63,970 bases of DNA, taken from IMG/VR virus record IMGVR_UViG_3300013108_000662, positions 1 to 63,970 of that record; one strand, written 5' to 3'. The notes beneath the pieces were generated by a model, which saw only the letters and a list, made by a program, of their open reading frames with translations, did not search any database and was not told the origin of the DNA. How positions within the stretch are numbered: the stretch's first letter is position 1; each line of letters opens with the position of its first letter. Source of the DNA: a virus. Taxonomy: Duplodnaviria; Caudoviricetes. The translations under genes were made by a program, and so were the position numbers. Shown one piece after another: positions 12,401-21,280 of the stretch.

Positions 12401-14935
12401 GGCTCGTCGGGATCCTGTCATGAATCCGACAGGAGGCGCTAAGATTGTACCAGAGACCGTAAACTCATCTAAAATTACGCCGGAATCAGCATGGACGCCG
12501 TGGAGTTCTATAACATAATCGTTATTAACAGCAGAGGCTGGAGCCGGAGCGGAGCCAGTGGGCATACCCTTGAACGGAAAGGTTAGAGGTTTAATGCGAA
12601 CGGACAAATTCCATCTTGTGTTATCATAAACTTCTTGATATAAATCCGACACAAGCCTTGGAACATAGCCGCCGGTCGATCCAGTCAGAACAAACCTTAC
12701 ATTCGAGGACTGTAGCTCATCTCTTTCTGCATATACTTGAAAGTTTGTTCCGTCTAGTGTGGGCCACGTAGTGTCGGCGGCAGTAGTGAGGGCGCCATGC
12801 ACACCAAAAAGTGAAGCACTAATAACATTAGTATTAATATATGCAATAGATGCTTGGTCGACTTTTTTGGGAAACAAGATTTCTGTTTCCATCGTAAGAG
12901 CATAGCCGCCGGTCAAATGAGTATTAGAGGCGATGAAGCCAACAGAATTTGTATTTAAGGGATCAGCATAGTTATAGACTGTGGCATTGTTTCCGGGAGT
13001 GGTATTAAAATCCACATAGTTATCGGCTTCTACAACATTGCGCCTATTGTTGCGCAGCTCGTATTCAATATTGTTAGCATACATATTGAACTTAACTAAC
13101 TCATCATCAATCCCGAAACAACGAAGAATATTTCGGAACGCCTTAATCGTCCCCTTCGTCTTATAAAGATACGAGAGATTGTTGTATAGATTTTGATAGA
13201 TAATATTCTTAGTGTCAGCTAGGGTTTGTTCATATACCTTATCTTCGCTCCTGTCAGCTAATCTCTCTAATATATCCGCATCAAGAAATATCTCAGGGGC
13301 TACCAAGCCCTTAGCCGCTAGCAAGTTTTGCGCAAAAGGTAGTGGCTTGTTGCTTCCACTAGGATACTGGACATCTTGAAGTGTATTGAGACTTTCGATT
13401 TGAAGCTGCAAAGTGTCAAAATAACTTGACATGATCTGAGTTAGGTATCGAAGATTACCCTCTCCCTCTTGATCTTCTTCGGTGATCCAGGCTGGAATAG
13501 AATTATAGACGGCAGCGTTGTTAATACCATCATATGCTGATCCCGATGTCTTCAGCGAACTAGCGAGCGCGACGACCTCCGGGTGGAAGGAGTATATAAT
13601 AGGATCCCGGAATTCCTTAATGGCTGCGCTAGAAGAAACTATAGCTGACCCGGTGTTTCGCGATCCTGCGCTGTACCCAGTCCAGCTACCGTTGGAGATG
13701 CGACCAGAATAGTCCAGTACGACACTATCAGTCGCCGCCACACCCGTTATACCTTCGTTAAACTTATAATAGACCCCTAGATCTACATTGCCGGATTCAG
13801 CAGTCTCTATGAAGGGCTGAGGGTCTGTGTTAACGCCTCCCCCTACTTGTGTGAACCAGTAGCGACCGATATCTTTCGAAGAACGTTGAGTTTTCCAATA
13901 GCGGAATTCGTCCAAGGATGCGGCTAGCTTGCCGTCGCCGGCTTTTGTAGCGCTAGGCGTGGCGGTGCCAGATACTGGGGCGATAAGTGCGCCGAGATAT
14001 GCTTGAAGTCCCGGAATGGCAATGTCATTTATGCCGGCAGATCCCAGCGTTTGGTCTCCATCAAGTCCGCCATCAACATAAAAACGTGTCTTTATTCCTG
14101 CAGAAGCGGACCTGAGTGTTACGGCGTAATGATGCCAGCGCCCGTCAGCAACCGAGGCGCTTGTGACTGTGGCACTTCCAATGGGCTGTCGATAAATGCC
14201 CGCGTTGCCGGACATGACGGTTAATAAGAACGGGTCCGATCCATCTGACAGGTTACCTGTGAGTTCTAGCCTTAATCGCGCGTAAGTAGCTGATGAGGAT
14301 ATTTCTCCATTCCACATGTCGAATATCACTTCGCGACTAGAAGTGGCAGGATCCAAGAATGTATCCTTCTTTAGCCAAAACTCAACCGAGGCGCCATGAG
14401 AAGCCAAATCGAAGGCCAGGTTTGAAGTCCGGCGCATTGAGGGTTCATAGTAGTTGGAGCCCGTAAATCCTACTGCGAGATTCTCCATCCCGTTTGGGTT
14501 GGTATTAGGTCCGCCCTTTACATAGATAAACTCCTGGGTGCTGGGGCGGCCGTAGCCGTCGATGACCTGGGTTGTTGCGGAGCCTTCTGCAGACATAATG
14601 ACATACCCAGTGGTACGGGGGTATTTCTCGTCATAGATGTAAAGATCTAGGTATGTGGAAGCATTAACCCACTTTAATCGTTCTTGGAGCGAACCGTCAT
14701 AAGGATATGTATTGTAGATGCGCCGGAGGGAACTGTCGTAGTATTCTTCAGCCGAGCCATACCGGGCGAAGTTTTCCGGCTTGGAAAAATCGACACGAGG
14801 TATGAATCTCTCTTCTTCGATGATATCTTGCTCGTGATACCCAACAGATTCAACTTCTGATCCTATGTCAGCGGCTGACTTGTTTGCGAGAGACTGTATG
14901 TTTTCGGCAACTTCGAAATACTTCTTAATGGTCAT
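6440..14935 (-). CDS. Giant baseplate wedge protein (T4 gp7/P2 gpI-like motif) with LamG/concanavalin A-like domains (2831 aa)
   Basis: LamG motifs SVEFWLK, DGRWHHYAVTL, LDEFRYW, VYYKFNEG. Wedge motif YLYKTKGTIKAFRNILRCFGI. Lies two genes downstream of the gp6-like gene. Confidence 0.65.
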   Translation of the reverse strand: MTIKKYFEVAENIQSLANKSAADIGSEVESVGYHEQDIIEEERFIPRVDFSKPENFARYGSAEEYYDSSLRRIYNTYPYDGSLQERLKWVNASTYLDLYIYDEKYPRTTGYVIMSAEGSATTQVIDGYGRPSTQEFIYVKGGPNTNPNGMENLAVGFTGSNYYEPSMRRTSNLAFDLASHGASVEFWLKKDTFLDPATSSREVIFDMWNGEISSSATYARLRLELTGNLSDGSDPFLLTVMSGNAGIYRQPIGSATVTSASVADGRWHHYAVTLRSASAGIKTRFYVDGGLDGDQTLGSAGINDIAIPGLQAYLGALIAPVSGTATPSATKAGDGKLAASLDEFRYWKTQRSSKDIGRYWFTQVGGGVNTDPQPFIETAESGNVDLGVYYKFNEGITGVAATDSVVLDYSGRISNGSWTGYSAGSRNTGSAIVSSSAAIKEFRDPIIYSFHPEVVALASSLKTSGSAYDGINNAAVYNSIPAWITEEDQEGEGNLRYLTQIMSSYFDTLQLQIESLNTLQDVQYPSGSNKPLPFAQNLLAAKGLVAPEIFLDADILERLADRSEDKVYEQTLADTKNIIYQNLYNNLSYLYKTKGTIKAFRNILRCFGIDDELVKFNMYANNIEYELRNNRRNVVEADNYVDFNTTPGNNATVYNYADPLNTNSVGFIASNTHLTGGYALTMETEILFPKKVDQASIAYINTNVISASLFGVHGALTTAADTTWPTLDGTNFQVYAERDELQSSNVRFVLTGSTGGYVPRLVSDLYQEVYDNTRWNLSVRIKPLTFPFKGMPTGSAPAPASAVNNDYVIELHGVHADSGVILDEFTVSGTILAPPVGFMTGSRRAYIGAHRQNFTGSVLASSDVKVNAARYWLDYVEDEALRGHALDSQNHGALQPHLYAFPFNPSASFGEITKFDTLVFNWEFLNNTGSNASGQFSVTDLSSGSASPSRFGALGNILNKQYTGLGNYFSPSSTTAIDKDFIVSSKLNLPEQLYGEEMVRTLGAQELHALTSDSRPVNYSFAFEKSMYQVISEEMVNYFATLKDFNNLIGDPVERYRTDYKKLSFMRQKFFESIENPVLDFDKFYEFYKWFDSSLSVILSQFVPASADVTDSILTVIENHILERPKYRHKFPFLEKIGGNEIGSSISNITSPPPPSPPAQPGFNNSQDLTYRQIGSSNPPSMRSWQYLHAPIGPGSENNNLYWHRYRAEASTSDLDAITSVIQERFHRGNQSNARLSMRAQLELGGVSRHPNNRPNYVFAATAPFGPTVPGTAQIPQNIMVGLGTEVEQLIETNDQFYPSSSYKQRLGFSLDPGINRGASDDQKQDGNNYAPFSLYSSSVKTGYNEAVVTQYRSGTLITNLHDDFVLGHDKPLQGPFSEKFVGGRFYRHTPINSGDDTVLSRAEGFRIQFTGVTSSAGTVFADSLAIIPANSTGGAPVPQIPTAFRMREETAKRPVNIKNILMTTASMGVTLSGTIAHDRIGNYQKNYQVISTNGRTTNDPFFNDQSFDFALYPETLATRGKFPLDATSTANPGGEIDYALPNRTGANSNQTIIVNRFSSPGEYSTLSRGYMEPAHEELSVNNAGPYRNQRVINFGFPGSASMDPSIQNTIRVVDQIQKNRGLNQLSTLHAGKFGMDAAYGTLATIAQFPSWHKTNRNPRRRIIQTGEQFAGPGKGYIAVYATGTVYDNLYVQHAIPRSTQQYSWVTGSMISGTAILGLQPPSFNSASTLSQIVISGTYPGSNFVGIRNRILDPVTASSHILGFPLSSVASSSYYNSTLGLGLSNGADYFNVLMNNRGNVYGTPSWKQIRTSEHPIVRQLRQTNKIGATLVPPKIPNIIGGNTIGFIQPQNPNAFIDYYEPPISNNSSPIQFYFEDNTANSNPANNMVVSVPFHASLEHFNHRGLNQLLGINTEFNTASPYKQVASYTLYSPLSVAVNYSQRVYPSALNVYKAAIRSRTRFTITNIWDDSRDKRSLTYGGQLGSMGQTVAYESTWPMDGHLNFTTSASTNLNDGAGELLNAYSRYSGYSLEGDRTAIIAAPTYAMRLPLGEDPVSEFPVFVGDAQWLAGSQSGKSPYSNYVSYAEKMRAHGKDYSIVPEFRMSGLIETYINTYEGDFQASLDNILELTGSSLSSSAQDGFYRIYTNGDFLKYFSVIDNDLNEQRSGDLKIIRDKIALKCDALVKFLPYKGFYPAERTAVIAQLLSQSYGSSINANAESLRILLEPMVSPGILYNTIKSGIAVSNFVLANTSSSPDFMNRPPASGPPSNLFTYSDEREKTIAIPYTIPLNVPLDDTDAAGGYVPNKIPFEALYKPESFFNNTVLQQLPLGGALSTKLYDTGTKDSAAEPTPYPSGQNSSIDFVSFQGDQLYKLAMDNFLCETTNMFMGRLTNFQSAREESFQPVRSGSTYSMQLKLFRTPIPSNAKQGPDTERFTLYDNSLAFGQPLVAKPTSANGLSMTHVTPPYYGAAAYCKFEYTATWSGIPSLQEIFANTTMTFTRNSMNGTTDASTSPMQMNIDSCFNLTDTLETVPAGTVEQKDRWLIQSKFETPALNFAHVSASVPPESTVLAGIGAEEFKVKGMWHQYGQIPEDSKDGIFAVVSAGSGSIQGDLAQIIGMPTGIPKRIGTLQPGFTMSEALVAIPFRNKDNERQFIAMPPGAKDTATYEKAVNALNKYVFPPKFDFVEFDSVLPIMMYVFEYSVNLTQQDLVDIWQGLPPKIGEKFQTQEAYVEEKELIDLLIAENSPVQWMVFKVKQRAKKDFETYRRSLVSENTDSITPNITSPYSYNWPYDFCSLVELAKINEQVQYVSTDLKQNTNISTNESLDVDRTEN

Positions 14936-14942
14936 GTTCTAA

Positions 14943-16457
14943 TTATTCTTCAACTCGAAATTTGAACGTTTGTGGTTGTTCCTGCCATGCTCCTATGCTA
15001 TCGTTGTAATAAGACAACTTAATTTCATACATATATCCGGGCTCCAAAAGACCCATATCCAGGTCAAAGTAGTTGCCATCCTTGTCGTAGGAGAGGTAAG
15101 TACTGTAATTAGACCCGGTGCCGTACTGGATAGCTCTGTGGTTATCGGTTACGCGAGTGATGCTATACGAGGCACTCGGAATAATATCTGTTGGATTATT
15201 GGCGGTAGAAACCACATACACTGTAGGGCTCCAATTTCGGTCTCGTACGAAGAAACGGAAACGTCCGGTGTCTTGACTTGAATACACTTTCTTAAGATTT
15301 GTGCAACTCGTAATACGATTAAATGTTGGCGCATAAGCATATGTAGGCATCAATTCGGGGTAGAAGGAACCGGTGAGGAACTCAACGCCTCCGGAGTGCC
15401 ATACATCATGAATAGCCATTAAAGGCGTAGCTGCCGCTGTGAGAGCCACGGAGCATGAATAGATACCGGGACTCACATAACTAGCAGTAGTGTTAAAATC
15501 GCCAGCTGTAGCTGTTCCGCCGCCTACCGACAGTGCGAGCTTGGAGCCGGCTGGGTCTCCATTGGAACTAGAATAGAAAGAGACTAATAGGTCATTGGTT
15601 CCCACGGAGGGAATATTGACAAGCCGGCCGCGGATATAGTTATAAATATGAAGATTATTTAAGTTGTCTAAGGCTGGGGCTAGGGAGCTGGAGAAGTAAA
15701 AGTTTTCTCGGTCATCCTGGATCCTGGAGTCCCATCGAGCCTCAATTACGGGGCGCTTATAAAAGAATTCAGTCGAGCGCGCGAAGAACTTTTTGGTATA
15801 ATAAGATTGTGTGGCTCCGTCGAGGTTTTGGATTGTGCCGTTGGCGCCTGCGGCTAGGGCATATGCTTCCTGACTAGCTGTGAGTCTAACGCCAAAACCA
15901 TAATTAGTAAATTCGTTACCCGATGTGATCCAGCGTTCAACAATCTCTGAGACATCTAGATCGATGTCTTCGTAACCGAGGGGGAAGGATACATTGTAGT
16001 TGGATGCCGTAAGATAGTCGCCACCCTGGTTCGTCCAATCAGTTGCCGGGGCGCGTTGTCCCCAGTTGGCTTGACCAATATCTTGGTAATTGTCCATATC
16101 CAGACCCGAACCTTCAGTCCAGGAGGCTGAGACTGGGGCAACTATAAGATTAAAATCCTGCGGTAGCGTGAAGGGTGTTCGGGCGTTGAACATCCTCAAG
16201 TAAAAAGAGACGCTTCCCGAAGCGGGAATAATACCGGCGGCCCGATTGGAGGAGATGCTGTCAATAGGAAAGTTAATCAAGATCCGAGACAGCTCCTGAG
16301 ATTGACCATTTGAGCCAGATTCTTGTCCGTAGATAGAGAATACCTCCAGCGCGTCTGCATATCCCATATTGGAGCCGGTGCCGCGAGTAACCAAGTTGGA
16401 CTCGAAGGCGTTTGTTATGGTAGTGTCAGCACTAGCTGTGTATCGAAGAATAGCCAT
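14943..16457 (-). CDS. Structural protein with DNRLRE/CBM96-like beta-sandwich domain (504 aa)
   Basis: Pattern ADTTI..N.G...LEV..SRILINF..FYLRMF..PVSASWTEG..ANW..GGD..LDVSEIVERW..NYGFGVRL typical of DNRLRE domains. Baseplate context. Confidence 0.55.
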   Translation of the reverse strand: MAILRYTASADTTITNAFESNLVTRGTGSNMGYADALEVFSIYGQESGSNGQSQELSRILINFPIDSISSNRAAGIIPASGSVSFYLRMFNARTPFTLPQDFNLIVAPVSASWTEGSGLDMDNYQDIGQANWGQRAPATDWTNQGGDYLTASNYNVSFPLGYEDIDLDVSEIVERWITSGNEFTNYGFGVRLTASQEAYALAAGANGTIQNLDGATQSYYTKKFFARSTEFFYKRPVIEARWDSRIQDDRENFYFSSSLAPALDNLNNLHIYNYIRGRLVNIPSVGTNDLLVSFYSSSNGDPAGSKLALSVGGGTATAGDFNTTASYVSPGIYSCSVALTAAATPLMAIHDVWHSGGVEFLTGSFYPELMPTYAYAPTFNRITSCTNLKKVYSSQDTGRFRFFVRDRNWSPTVYVVSTANNPTDIIPSASYSITRVTDNHRAIQYGTGSNYSTYLSYDKDGNYFDLDMGLLEPGYMYEIKLSYYNDSIGAWQEQPQTFKFRVEE

Positions 16458-18262
16458 TATCTTACGGATCCTTTAATATCTACGTTGGGGAACTTAAGCT
16501 CAAAAGCTACATTTTCCGTGCCGTTAATGCGTCGTCCATCAGGAGATGTCTTTCCGTGGAAGTTGTAGTAGGCATCAGAATAACTTGCTCCGGCTACTGA
16601 GTCGACCCCTATATCTACCACATCGATCACCCCATCAACCTTGTTGAGTACTCTATAGAAGTCCCCAAATACTATAGACTCGCCGATCTGGTATGGATTG
16701 TCCAACAAATATTGCCTCAGCGCGGTGACACAGCGACTCAGCACGGTTGCAGCGCTTGAATTAATATCTGCCGTTACTGTAAAGTTAAGGACAAAATTCA
16801 CTACTTGAGCGTCGAGAATATCAACTGTATCATTTATCATTCTATATTGATTGATCCAATTCTTTAAATTACTTTTCAAAGTAATATTGGGAGGTATCAG
16901 TTTGCCGCTGGTATTTTCTGACAATACGTAGATATTGAGATTTCTCTTAAATTCGTCAAAATCTCTGACGACTGCAGCTCTTTTGACTGCTCCAAATTTG
17001 CCGGGCATGCCATAACACACAGAAACATAATCCTGTGCCGTTACCGCGCGGTTCTGGGCGGCATAGTGCCCCATTACTCTCTGTTTTAATTCTTCTGAGG
17101 ATGGGAGTGATATGTCTCCCACAAAACTCTCTTCATTTATTACTTCAAGGGAATTAACTACTCCCTGTCGGGTTGCTACGGATAAAGACCCCTGTGATCT
17201 AAAGTGGAGGAGCGGCCGTGTTACTTGGGTTATGGTTCCCACACCTGCATTAACGTCCGAGGTGGTATTTAATCTATAACCAATTCTGAGTGTTGTATCC
17301 GCCGGCGCAATGCCAAATTTATCTGTACTTATTAATTTGGACGGATCAAAATCAATGTCGGTGATGTAGGTGCGTCCCTGCTGGTCCAAAACAACGTTAG
17401 AGGGGTTAGCGACTGCATTAGCGAGTAGTTGGGAATCTGATCCATAGCCAAACTGAATAAAAGTTTGGTTTCTGGCTCTGTCTACGGTGAATCGGCGGGC
17501 TACTGGAGTAGCTTTAAGGATGTTTTTTACTGTATCATTCGTGGCAGGATTGGAGTTGCGTAAGGCTTTGTAGATAATATTTTGAGATAAATAATCGACC
17601 TCCACATATTCATGTCCTTCGGAATCTATAACAGATAATACCTCCGCAACGTTTTGCACGCCCAAATCAATACGACGAAATCGCTGGAAACTCCCTACAG
17701 TAACCTCCTTGAAGGCCGTGCGTCCGGAGACCGCTCGTCCTGAGGCGCGAATAATATAGCTTGTCGGGCTTCCTGTCGATGAGTCGACTTCGCCGACGAC
17801 TACCTGATTAGTTGTACGCGAGAAATCAACATCTGTCATTAAACTATAAAGTCCGCCGCCAGTGGATGAAAAAGTAGAGCCAGCTCGAAGAACTGGTGCA
17901 TAGGAGGTATCTGGTCCGGGATTGCCAACTGTTCCCAGCGCTGGGACTTTTATATAGAAGCTAAGTTGTCCATAGGAGGAGGGGCTAGTATCTAGCTTGA
18001 ATCCCAGCTGTTTCGCTATGCGAACTACATTGTCATATTCAATTGCAGTATTTAAAAAGCTCTCATTAGATTGATAGTCGAGATAAAAAGATAAAATATC
18101 TCCCACATAAGCTACCGTATCAAGCATCAGAGACCCAAACGATGCTTTGTTAAAGTCTTTATATGTATCGGGATAATATCTCTTGGCGTAATTTTCTAAA
18201 TCTTTGCGGATAGAATCAAAATCACGGGATGTATATTTAATCGGTTGTAGTTTCTTGGGCAT
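16457..18262 (-). CDS. Baseplate wedge subunit, T4 gp6 / baseplate J-like (601 aa)
   Basis: YTSRDFDSIRKDL..DFNKASFGSLMLDTVAYVGDILSFYLD..ESFL.TA N-terminus and AQNRAVTAQDY motif. Adjacent to gp25-like gene. Confidence 0.85.
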   Translation of the reverse strand: MPKKLQPIKYTSRDFDSIRKDLENYAKRYYPDTYKDFNKASFGSLMLDTVAYVGDILSFYLDYQSNESFLNTAIEYDNVVRIAKQLGFKLDTSPSSYGQLSFYIKVPALGTVGNPGPDTSYAPVLRAGSTFSSTGGGLYSLMTDVDFSRTTNQVVVGEVDSSTGSPTSYIIRASGRAVSGRTAFKEVTVGSFQRFRRIDLGVQNVAEVLSVIDSEGHEYVEVDYLSQNIIYKALRNSNPATNDTVKNILKATPVARRFTVDRARNQTFIQFGYGSDSQLLANAVANPSNVVLDQQGRTYITDIDFDPSKLISTDKFGIAPADTTLRIGYRLNTTSDVNAGVGTITQVTRPLLHFRSQGSLSVATRQGVVNSLEVINEESFVGDISLPSSEELKQRVMGHYAAQNRAVTAQDYVSVCYGMPGKFGAVKRAAVVRDFDEFKRNLNIYVLSENTSGKLIPPNITLKSNLKNWINQYRMINDTVDILDAQVVNFVLNFTVTADINSSAATVLSRCVTALRQYLLDNPYQIGESIVFGDFYRVLNKVDGVIDVVDIGVDSVAGASYSDAYYNFHGKTSPDGRRINGTENVAFELKFPNVDIKGSVR

Positions 18263-18274
18263 CTTATTGTCTCA

Positions 18275-18673
18275 TTAAATAGGCTGATTTACTTGTATTT
18301 GCAAGGCGACAGAAGCGCGGACTGGCACAATTGTAAAAAATATGTTGATATTTAGGGAATTTGGAAATAGATCGGGCTGATTTTCAGGTGATGAGAATCT
18401 TATTTCATTTATGGTAATATAGGGCAAATATCTTTGAACTTGTTCTTGAATAGCTGTAGATATAGCTCCGTAAGTGGAACTATTTTGAAGCTCGAACAGT
18501 CCGGACTGAATTCCCACTCCAAAGTTGGGATCCATCATACGCTCGCCTGGATTGGTAAGTACCAGCATGCGCATATTTTGTTTGGCTAGTTCAACAAAAG
18601 TAGTATTCAGGCGATATGCACCAAACACATCGTCTGTAACAAGAGGCAAAGATACTGATAGTCCAGAACTCAC
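18275..18673 (-). CDS. Baseplate wedge subunit, GPW/gp25 family (132 aa)
   Basis: KQNMRMLVLTNPGERMMDPNFGVGIQSGLFE signature. GTG start. Confidence 0.9.
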   Translation of the reverse strand: MSSGLSVSLPLVTDDVFGAYRLNTTFVELAKQNMRMLVLTNPGERMMDPNFGVGIQSGLFELQNSSTYGAISTAIQEQVQRYLPYITINEIRFSSPENQPDLFPNSLNINIFFTIVPVRASVALQIQVNQPI

Positions 18674-18676
18674 GAA

Positions 18677-20575
18677 TTAGTCTCCTTCTTCCGGGTCGCA
18701 ACCAGGGTCCGTTGTGGGCTGATCCACATTTTGTGTTTCATTACGGTTATTTCTAATTAGTTCCAGTAACAAATAAAGTAGTCCCAGCGGTAAAGGTGGC
18801 GCCATGATCATGCCGCTTACCGTGCCAGTGAAGTCGATACCGCCATCAAGAGTAGCTGTGGGGAAGAAGTTAGCAGGGGGCTCTGGTAGTCCTTGACTAT
18901 CAATCGCAGCCCAAAGTCCATTTTCGCCTGCTGTGAAGCCAGCCTCGACTAAACAGACTATTAATCCCATTAGTTGTTCTCCCGATGTGCGGAGAGGTGT
19001 ATCTTCGCCAAACTCTTCTTTAAGCATTTGGTTTATCGCGTCCGCGGGTCCTGCGTCTAGTGCTATTACACCATTATTAAAGGCGGCGGCGGATCCTGTT
19101 TTAATCAACTTTGTTATGGCCACATGGGGATCAACCAGTTCCACAATGCCCTTGAGAATCTCGATAGGTGTCTCAATAAGCATTTTGAGTATAAAGTCGC
19201 GGGCTTCGAAGTTGAAGTTATTATCACCGTTTGCTGCAGCAATGGCGGCGGCTGCAGCTGGACGGTTCATGTTAGGTTCTTTTAAGAAATCATGATCTTC
19301 TCGGAGAATGTCTATGAGCATGTCGAGCGCTCGGATCTTCGGTGCTGAAAAGGCTTGACTAATCCCATCAAAGTATTTTTCAGTTAAATAGAGGTTGTGT
19401 ATAATGGGAACCGATTCGATAACCCCTTGCTGAAATGTGGTATTAAAATAGTTCTTATATTTGGTATTGCCAGCAAATGTAGAGATCTCTGTTTCGGTGG
19501 GCTGGCGGAGGGAGAACCCGGTCTCCTCTAGTGTAGCGTTCAAAGCGTCGAGGGCTGCATCTTCTCGGGCTTGCTGCTTGGCGGGTGCGGTTTCTCGTAG
19601 CTCTTCTATATCTGCCACTAATACCTCGATGGCTGCGTAAATATTAGCTATGATCATATCCCAGACTTGAGTGTTGATGTGTCCGGACGTCCGTACTCTA
19701 AACAAGTCGTATGAAAATGGATCTATCTCACTCCCGTATAACGCGTTGTGAAGGGCGGCGATTCGAACCAGGATTCTTGTACCAACATAAGTAGTAGAGT
19801 TGGGATATGGAGTATTGGCAGCTGCAGCGTTGAGCGTAAAAAGATTGGGCTCTGGTCTGTTGTGTGCCTTCCTCTCTAAAAGTAGGAAATCCTCCAGGGA
19901 CCAGGACGACATGCTGGTAGAGTGTCCCGTATATGTTGTTCTACTGTCGTTCCCCGTTGCGTACGCCATGGCATAATAAAGGCTGCTCTTGGTCGGTCGG
20001 GTTCCGGCTGATGGATCATCGGAGTCTTTCAGGGTGTAATAGTTTCTCATGCGTCGCAACTCTTCTTTCATTGCGTTCTTGAGGGTGTCGCCTGTTCTGT
20101 AATCACCGGTATCTAGTCCGGCGGCGATTGCTAGGCTCTCCGACATGGTGGCAGGATTGCCAAAAGTAAAAAATTCATCAGCCGCCAGATTTTGTAGAAT
20201 AGAATCGTTCATTGTCTTTAGGCGAATAAACCAATCACGGCGTCTAGAGGGAGCCTGAGGGTTGGTTTTACGATCGCCGATCCCGGCGGTCTTGATCTGC
20301 CCAGGAAGATCACTTCCTAGAAAGCGTTCCATCCAGTTGTTTTCTGCACCGAGAGATGTGAGGACGTCCTGTTCTGCTTGCCAGGAATCAATAGTTATCT
20401 CGTTTTGTCCGGAAGTGTAGGATTCGCGACGGAACCCCAAATCACTCCGGGGTTTAAACACTAATTGTGGGTTGGGGGGCTGAATGTCAGGATCACTGGC
20501 GGTGCCCATATTCCAGCCTGTGCCAAAAAGGGCGCGGTAGATCTGTGTTCGCGTTAAATATGATGAGTCAGACAT
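18677..20575 (-). CDS. Hypothetical protein, probably virion-associated (632 aa)
   Basis: Long ORF in the baseplate module with a hydrophobic helical C-terminal third. No recognisable family. Confidence 0.6.
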   Translation of the reverse strand: MSDSSYLTRTQIYRALFGTGWNMGTASDPDIQPPNPQLVFKPRSDLGFRRESYTSGQNEITIDSWQAEQDVLTSLGAENNWMERFLGSDLPGQIKTAGIGDRKTNPQAPSRRRDWFIRLKTMNDSILQNLAADEFFTFGNPATMSESLAIAAGLDTGDYRTGDTLKNAMKEELRRMRNYYTLKDSDDPSAGTRPTKSSLYYAMAYATGNDSRTTYTGHSTSMSSWSLEDFLLLERKAHNRPEPNLFTLNAAAANTPYPNSTTYVGTRILVRIAALHNALYGSEIDPFSYDLFRVRTSGHINTQVWDMIIANIYAAIEVLVADIEELRETAPAKQQAREDAALDALNATLEETGFSLRQPTETEISTFAGNTKYKNYFNTTFQQGVIESVPIIHNLYLTEKYFDGISQAFSAPKIRALDMLIDILREDHDFLKEPNMNRPAAAAAIAAANGDNNFNFEARDFILKMLIETPIEILKGIVELVDPHVAITKLIKTGSAAAFNNGVIALDAGPADAINQMLKEEFGEDTPLRTSGEQLMGLIVCLVEAGFTAGENGLWAAIDSQGLPEPPANFFPTATLDGGIDFTGTVSGMIMAPPLPLGLLYLLLELIRNNRNETQNVDQPTTDPGCDPEEGD

Positions 20576-21278
20576 AATTGGTTATTCCTGCCTTTTCGGG
20601 GAGAGGCGTATTGACGACTGTTGTAAAATCAAAATCCTCACGTAATTCAATAGGGGGGCGTCTATAAGTTCGCCCGTTTTTCATTTTTTCTTTTTGTTTA
20701 AGTGACGGAAACACGTTATATCCCATGCCTCCCGGAAATTTCCATAAAAAATTCGACAGCTTTTCTGGATGTGGGTGTCTTCTGATATGTGATTTACCAT
20801 TTTTTGTCCATGTACGCCCTATTGCAACCATGTCATAGTCCATTGGAGGAGAGTCGAGAGTGAGAGTACCACCGGTGCTGCTAATATTTTTAGGTCTTAT
20901 ACTAATGATATCACCATCGAGACCGGGGCCCGGGCTTGTAAGGTGTGTGGTAGTTCTCTCAAAGTAGTTTGCCAACGAATCATTCCAATTAATGTCTATT
21001 AATTGCTTGAGATCCAGCCCTAGTTGGGTGGCTTTAACCAAGATATTCTCTAATTCTTCATAGGATTCAATCTTGCCCTGAGCTACTATATCTGTGTCCC
21101 AGGTATCCCACTGCTCCAAGACGCCGCCACATACCCAAAATTTATAGTTTTGCGTTCCCGGGATGCGGAAAAACTCTTCTTTCCACAAATTCAATAGGCT
21201 ACCATCGGGACGGTACCAGGGCTTGGTTGTATGGGCTGGTCCTTTAGTATATTCAAATTTCTGTGTATGTGTCATCAT
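20568..21278 (-). CDS. Putative Pol beta-superfamily nucleotidyltransferase-like protein (236 aa)
   Basis: FWVCGGVLEQWDTWDTDIVAQG gives a hGG..DxDh motif, with a later candidate third Asp in LIDINW. Confidence 0.45.
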   Translation of the reverse strand: MMTHTQKFEYTKGPAHTTKPWYRPDGSLLNLWKEEFFRIPGTQNYKFWVCGGVLEQWDTWDTDIVAQGKIESYEELENILVKATQLGLDLKQLIDINWNDSLANYFERTTTHLTSPGPGLDGDIISIRPKNISSTGGTLTLDSPPMDYDMVAIGRTWTKNGKSHIRRHPHPEKLSNFLWKFPGGMGYNVFPSLKQKEKMKNGRTYRRPPIELREDFDFTTVVNTPLPEKAGITNYV

Positions 21279-21280
21279 CT

